Shown here one piece after another: positions 59,520-64,000 of a stretch of 64,000 nucleotides of DNA. Origin of the DNA: Octopus vulgaris (lineage: Eukaryota); NCBI GenBank assembly GCA_951406725.2, contig OX597820.1, positions 25,172,001 to 25,236,000 of the forward strand, given 5' to 3'. The notes beneath the pieces are model-generated. The model did not search any database, had not been told where the DNA came from, and worked only from the letters and a program-made list of their open reading frames with translations. Position numbers and translations under genes: made by a program. Positions within the stretch are counted from its first letter, which is position 1. Every line of letters starts with the position of its first letter.

Positions 59520-62460
59520 TGATAAGGGAGGAGGTGTTCAAAGTTACATAAGTTTAAATGTCCTAAGTGATGAACACAGGTGGAGGGAGGTGGTAGTTGA
59601 TGGTTGATAAGAGATGGAATATAAGGGTCATGATACTGTGCTCTGAGTCACTGGACCCTAGTTGAACTGACAATGCCAGCGTAGAAGCTGGGTGTTAAAG
59701 GATGATGCTGATGATACCAATGATATATATATATATATTGTACTGTGACCCCCTTCGGTCATGAATGACCATGGGATTGCACCTAGAAAGTTACCCTCCG
59801 AGGCACAAGTCTGGGCAAGGTTGTTTATGGAAGATCAGCAGTCACCCATGCATACAAGCCTCCCCTCTCCACACTACCAGTGTTATCCAACGGAAAGGCA
59901 AAGGCCAATACAGTTTGGTACCAGTGACGTCGTAGCTCATTTATTAATATGCAAGTGGCTGAGCACTCCACAGACACGTGTACCCTTAACGTAGTTCTCG
60001 GAGAGATTCAGCGTGACACAGAGTGTGACAAGGCTGGCCCTTTGAAATACAAGTACAACAGAAACAGAAAGAAAGAGTGAAAGAAAGTTGTGGGGAAAGA
60101 GTACAGCAGAGTTCACCACCACCCGCTGCCAGAGCCTCATGGAGTTTCAGGTGTTTTCGTTCAATAAACACTCACAATGCCCGGTCTGGGAATCGAAACC
60201 GCGATCCTACGACCGTGAGTCTGCTGCCCTAACCACTGGGCCATTGTGCCTCCACAATGATATTTATAAATATAATTATAATTAGGGGCATAGAAAATAA
60301 TTCTTGCCTATATACTGAAAGGAGACACTAAATTGTTGAACCACATCAAATATCATCACTGTTATTATTACACACGTGTCAAAAATCGATATTTGGGGTA
60401 CTCATATGCATTCATGACATTGTATCTGCTTTTCTGTGGGTATACTCTCTCTTTTTACTCTTTTACTTGTTTCAGTCATTTGACAGCGGCCATGCTGGAG
60501 CACCACCTTTAGTCAAGCAAATCGACCCCAGGACTTATTCTTTGTAAGCCTAATACTTATTCTATCGGTCTCTTTTGCCGAACCGCTAAGTTATGGGGAT
60601 GTAAACACACCAGCATCGATTGTCAAGCCCAAGGTGCCACGCAGTGGGACTGAACCCAGAATTTAACTCACGATATTGCAGAGCAAATTGTGAACTGCCA
60701 GCTATATCAGACTGCTACTATTTATATGTAGTGGTCCTGTCTATTCTCATTAGAGAGTGTCATACTCTCACTACAACAGTAACAAAGCTTAGTTTTAAAA
60801 AATTACACATTTCACTCACCACCACCTTCCCCTCCGCCTCTCTTTCTCTTCCCCTCTCCTTCCATCCCATCCCATTCCTCCTCTTCCCCTCCCCTCTCCT
60901 TCCTACCTGTCCCATTCCCCCTCCATCTTCAACTAATCACATGGAAGCATTACAGATGGGCTAAGTAACAGAGTGACAAGCAAAATTATTATACGATAAA
61001 CTGTTACCCTTTCCTCACCTCAAAAATGTCAGCTTTTTTGCCAATATTATAAATCAAGATTTAGCATGCTTAACTTCTAATTTTCTACAACAGGCACTTG
61101 AAGCACAAGAGAAGATCAATTGTATAACTGCAATAATTCCTGAAGCTGAGGTAAGAGTATTTGATCTATTCTGTATTTATTCTCTAGGTAGACTACAATT
61201 GAAAATCTCTATTAGAAATGAAAGTATTAATTGCAGTGATAACCAGTTAGAGGAGGTTCCTCCTGGTGTTAAAATCAGTAGTAACGTTGGTTCTTATGGA
61301 ACAGCTATAATGAAGTGGCAATATATAAACATTACTTCTTAGTATAGTTACTACTTTCATCTCTTATAGAGATTTTCAAACTAGCTACTTTGCTTTTCTT
61401 TTTCTATATATTGTGAGCTGGAGCAGATTACTGCTATCTCTAGCAGATGGGTATCCACCACTGAGGATGAACACAGATAATTTGAAACTTGTCGCTGTTG
61501 CTAGACGATGATAGGAGTTCACTCCTCTGTTTGCAATATACTGTATTTTAACGTGTATAAGGAACCCCCTAATTTCTGGGACTTAAAATTTGGGAAAAAG
61601 GTTTTGTAAAGGATTATAATACTATCTATGCATAAGAAATTCCCATATTTTTTACAACTAATTTTTTACGAAAAAGGATTCCTTATACACGTCAAAATAT
61701 GGTATATCAGGTGCCAAAATCCGTTTTCTATGCTGGCATGGGTTGTACAGTTTGACAGGAGCTGGCAAGTCAGAGGGCTGCATCAGGCTCCAGTCATCTG
61801 GTTTGGCATAGTTTCTACAGCCGGATGCCCTTCCTAATACCAGCCACTTTACAGAGTGTACTGGAAGCTTATTACATGGGGCCAGCATGGATGCTTTATA
61901 TGTGGCACCAGCACAGCTGCTTTCCCCCTGATGCCAGCAAGAGTGCTTCCTATGTGGTGCCAACAATGGTGCTTTTTTATGTGGAACCAGCATGGATGCT
62001 TTTTATGTGGTGTAGGTACAGGTTATTTATACATGACACCAGCATGGTTGCTTTTTACATGGCACTGGTTATGCTACCTCTTGGATCACTTTTTATGATA
62101 AACACCTGCACCAATTCATCATCATCATCATCTTTTAGCGTCCGTTCAATTCTAGATTTTACCTTACATGGCAATGGCGATTCTCTAAAAGTTTCCTTGA
62201 GCTATCAGAGAGCATAGTTTGAATGCAAAATAAATCTTTTATTTTTTACTTGATTGAGGGAGGTTAGACTGTGACCATGATGGGGTACTGTTTTGAAGAA
62301 TTTTTAGTCAAATGTATCAACCACAGTACTTACTTTTTATAAGCTTGGTATTTATTATATTGGTCTTTTTTGCTGAACTGTTAAGTTACGGGGATGTAAA
62401 CACACCAGCACTAGTTGTCAAGCAGGGGTGGGAAACAAACACAGATACAAAGACACACAC

Positions 62461-62505
<45 letters not shown>

Positions 62506-62999
62506 CGTGATTGACCAGGCTATCAGATGTTGCTACACATCGCTGGTCACAATGCGCTTCGCATTGTTTTAGCCTTTAAATGACGCCACCCCACTGGCTA
62601 AGTGAGCAGGCCTATGTATGTATGTATGTATGTATGTATGCATGCATGCATGTATGTATGTATGTATGTATGTATGTATGTATGTGTGTGTGTATGAATG
62701 CATGAATGAATGACAGGCTTCTATCAGTTTCTGTCTACCAAATCCACTGGCAAGGCTTTGGTCAGCCTGAGGCTATAGTAGAAAACCCTTGCCCAAGGTA
62801 CCATGCAGTAGGACTGAATCTGGAACCATGTGATTGCAAAGCAAGCCTCTTACCACAGAGCCATGCTTGCAATTAAAAATGCTAATGATTTTGGTTTTTT
62901 TTTTCACAGGAATTAGCTCTGAAATGTGATTCTGTCCCATATGTGACCAAACCTCTTCATGGAATTCCAATCAGCCTCAAAGAAAACATAATCTACAAG
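54713..62999 (+). CDS. FAAH: FAAH-like copy 2 (tandem paralogue), coding exons 1-4; continues beyond the window
   Basis: Four exons with the same phases as copy 1, the same sizes for exons 2-4 and high amino-acid similarity. Confidence 0.9.
55732..55985 (+). mobile_element. CR1-like LINE 3' fragment
   Basis: LFNIVPKDIKEEKDPIILKRSLNIFLQGIPDKPPIPGY..NKNSL. Confidence 0.6.
56400..57235 (+). mobile_element. Tandem SINE A heads with a nested SINE family C (about 56777-57010)
   Basis: About 145-bp direct duplication 56475-56770; the GCGAGCTGGCAGAA-headed SINE interrupts family A at AAACTGAAAGAA|CCCGTC. Confidence 0.75.
58465..58578 (+). CDS. FAAH: FAAH copy 2 exon 2
   Basis: LTEEMRNKILSLDIVQLQRRLKDRSLKAIDVLHAYQYK. 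Confidence 0.92.
61094..61150 (+). CDS. FAAH: FAAH copy 2 exon 3
   Basis: ALEAQEKINCITAIIPEAE|gtaaga. Confidence 0.92.
62910..62999 (+). CDS. FAAH: FAAH copy 2 exon 4
   Basis: ELALKCDSVPYVTKPLHGIPISLKENIIYK|gt. Confidence 0.92.
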
Positions 63000-64000
63000 G
63001 TTGGTTCCTTATTTCTTTTGTCCTTTATTTATTTATTCTTTTTCTTGTTTCAGTCAGTGAATCAAAGCCATGCTGGAGCAGTGCCTTGGAGGATTTAGTT
63101 GAACAAACTGATCCTAGTTGTTTATTTTTAAACCTGGTACCTGTTTTATTGGTCTCTATTGCTGTAGTGCTAAGTTATGGGGATGTAAAGAAACCGATAC
63201 TAGTTGTCACATGGTGGAGGGTGGGACAAACACAAACCCAAAGGCACAAACATACAGGCTCACACAAACACACACACAAACACAAATACACATAGACATA
63301 CACACACAAACACACACATGCATATGACGGGCTTCCACACAATTTCTATTTACTAAATTCACTCACAAGGCATGGATTGTCCTGGGGCTATAGCAGAAAG
63401 ACACTTGTCAAAAGTGCAGCACAATGGGACTGAACCAAAAAGCACATGGTTGCAAGGTGAATCATTTCAGTGTCTATACATGGAAATATATTTCCAATTA
63501 TTAAATGACAAGGCAGCAACATCGGCGAACTGTTATTGCACCAGAAAGACTGCTTAGCAGCATTTCTTCCAACTCTATGTTCTGAGTTCAAATGCTGCTG
63601 GTGTTGACTTTGCCTTTCATCCTTTTGGGGTCAATAAAATAAGTACCAAGGCCCTCATTATTCTAACAGACGAATGTATATTAGAAACATATTAATATTA
63701 GTGGGTAATACCTAAGGTGGCAAATTGGCAGAATCATTAGCACACTGAGGTTGATTTTACCTTTCATCCATTCTGGGTTGATAAAATAAGTACCAGTTAA
63801 GCACTGGGGTCAATATAATTGACTTAACCCCTCTCCCAGAATTGATAGCCTTGTGCCAAAATTTGAAACTAATTTTAATATGTATTGTAAGTGTATCAAC
63901 ATTGTATTAAGACTATGTTGCACATTTTTATATATTACATTGTATTAAATGGTTACCATAGTTGTTTTGGGGAGTAAACAACAATATAACAATAATAAAC

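Overview
AT-rich, repeat-dense eukaryotic DNA. The SINE and microsatellite landscape looks like an octopus/cephalopod genome; this is inferred, not verified. The window holds two tandem + strand paralogues of fatty-acid amide hydrolase (FAAH, amidase-signature family). Copy 1 has 17 coding exons (10188-41313) and an intact Lys-Ser-Ser triad, but as assembled its first coding exon has lost the transmembrane segment, replaced by a 174-bp copy of upstream intron. Copy 2 starts at 54713 and runs off the window after 4 coding exons. Introns and intergenic DNA contain tRNA-derived SINEs, a nearly intact R4/Dong-type RLE LINE, RTE/CR1/Penelope/Gypsy fragments, LTRs, Merlin, Tc1/mariner, hAT, piggyBac and Helitron derivatives. 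The most unusual structure is a 3.4-kb insertion in intron 3 (13797-17202), bounded by a 12-bp direct repeat. It consists of two head-to-head copies of a tRNA-headed SINE whose 3' part carries a Penelope-type minimal hammerhead ribozyme motif, with the LINE sitting in a (TAA)n tract between them. Exon coordinates were read by hand from splice sites and frame; repeat boundaries are approximate unless a TSD is quoted.
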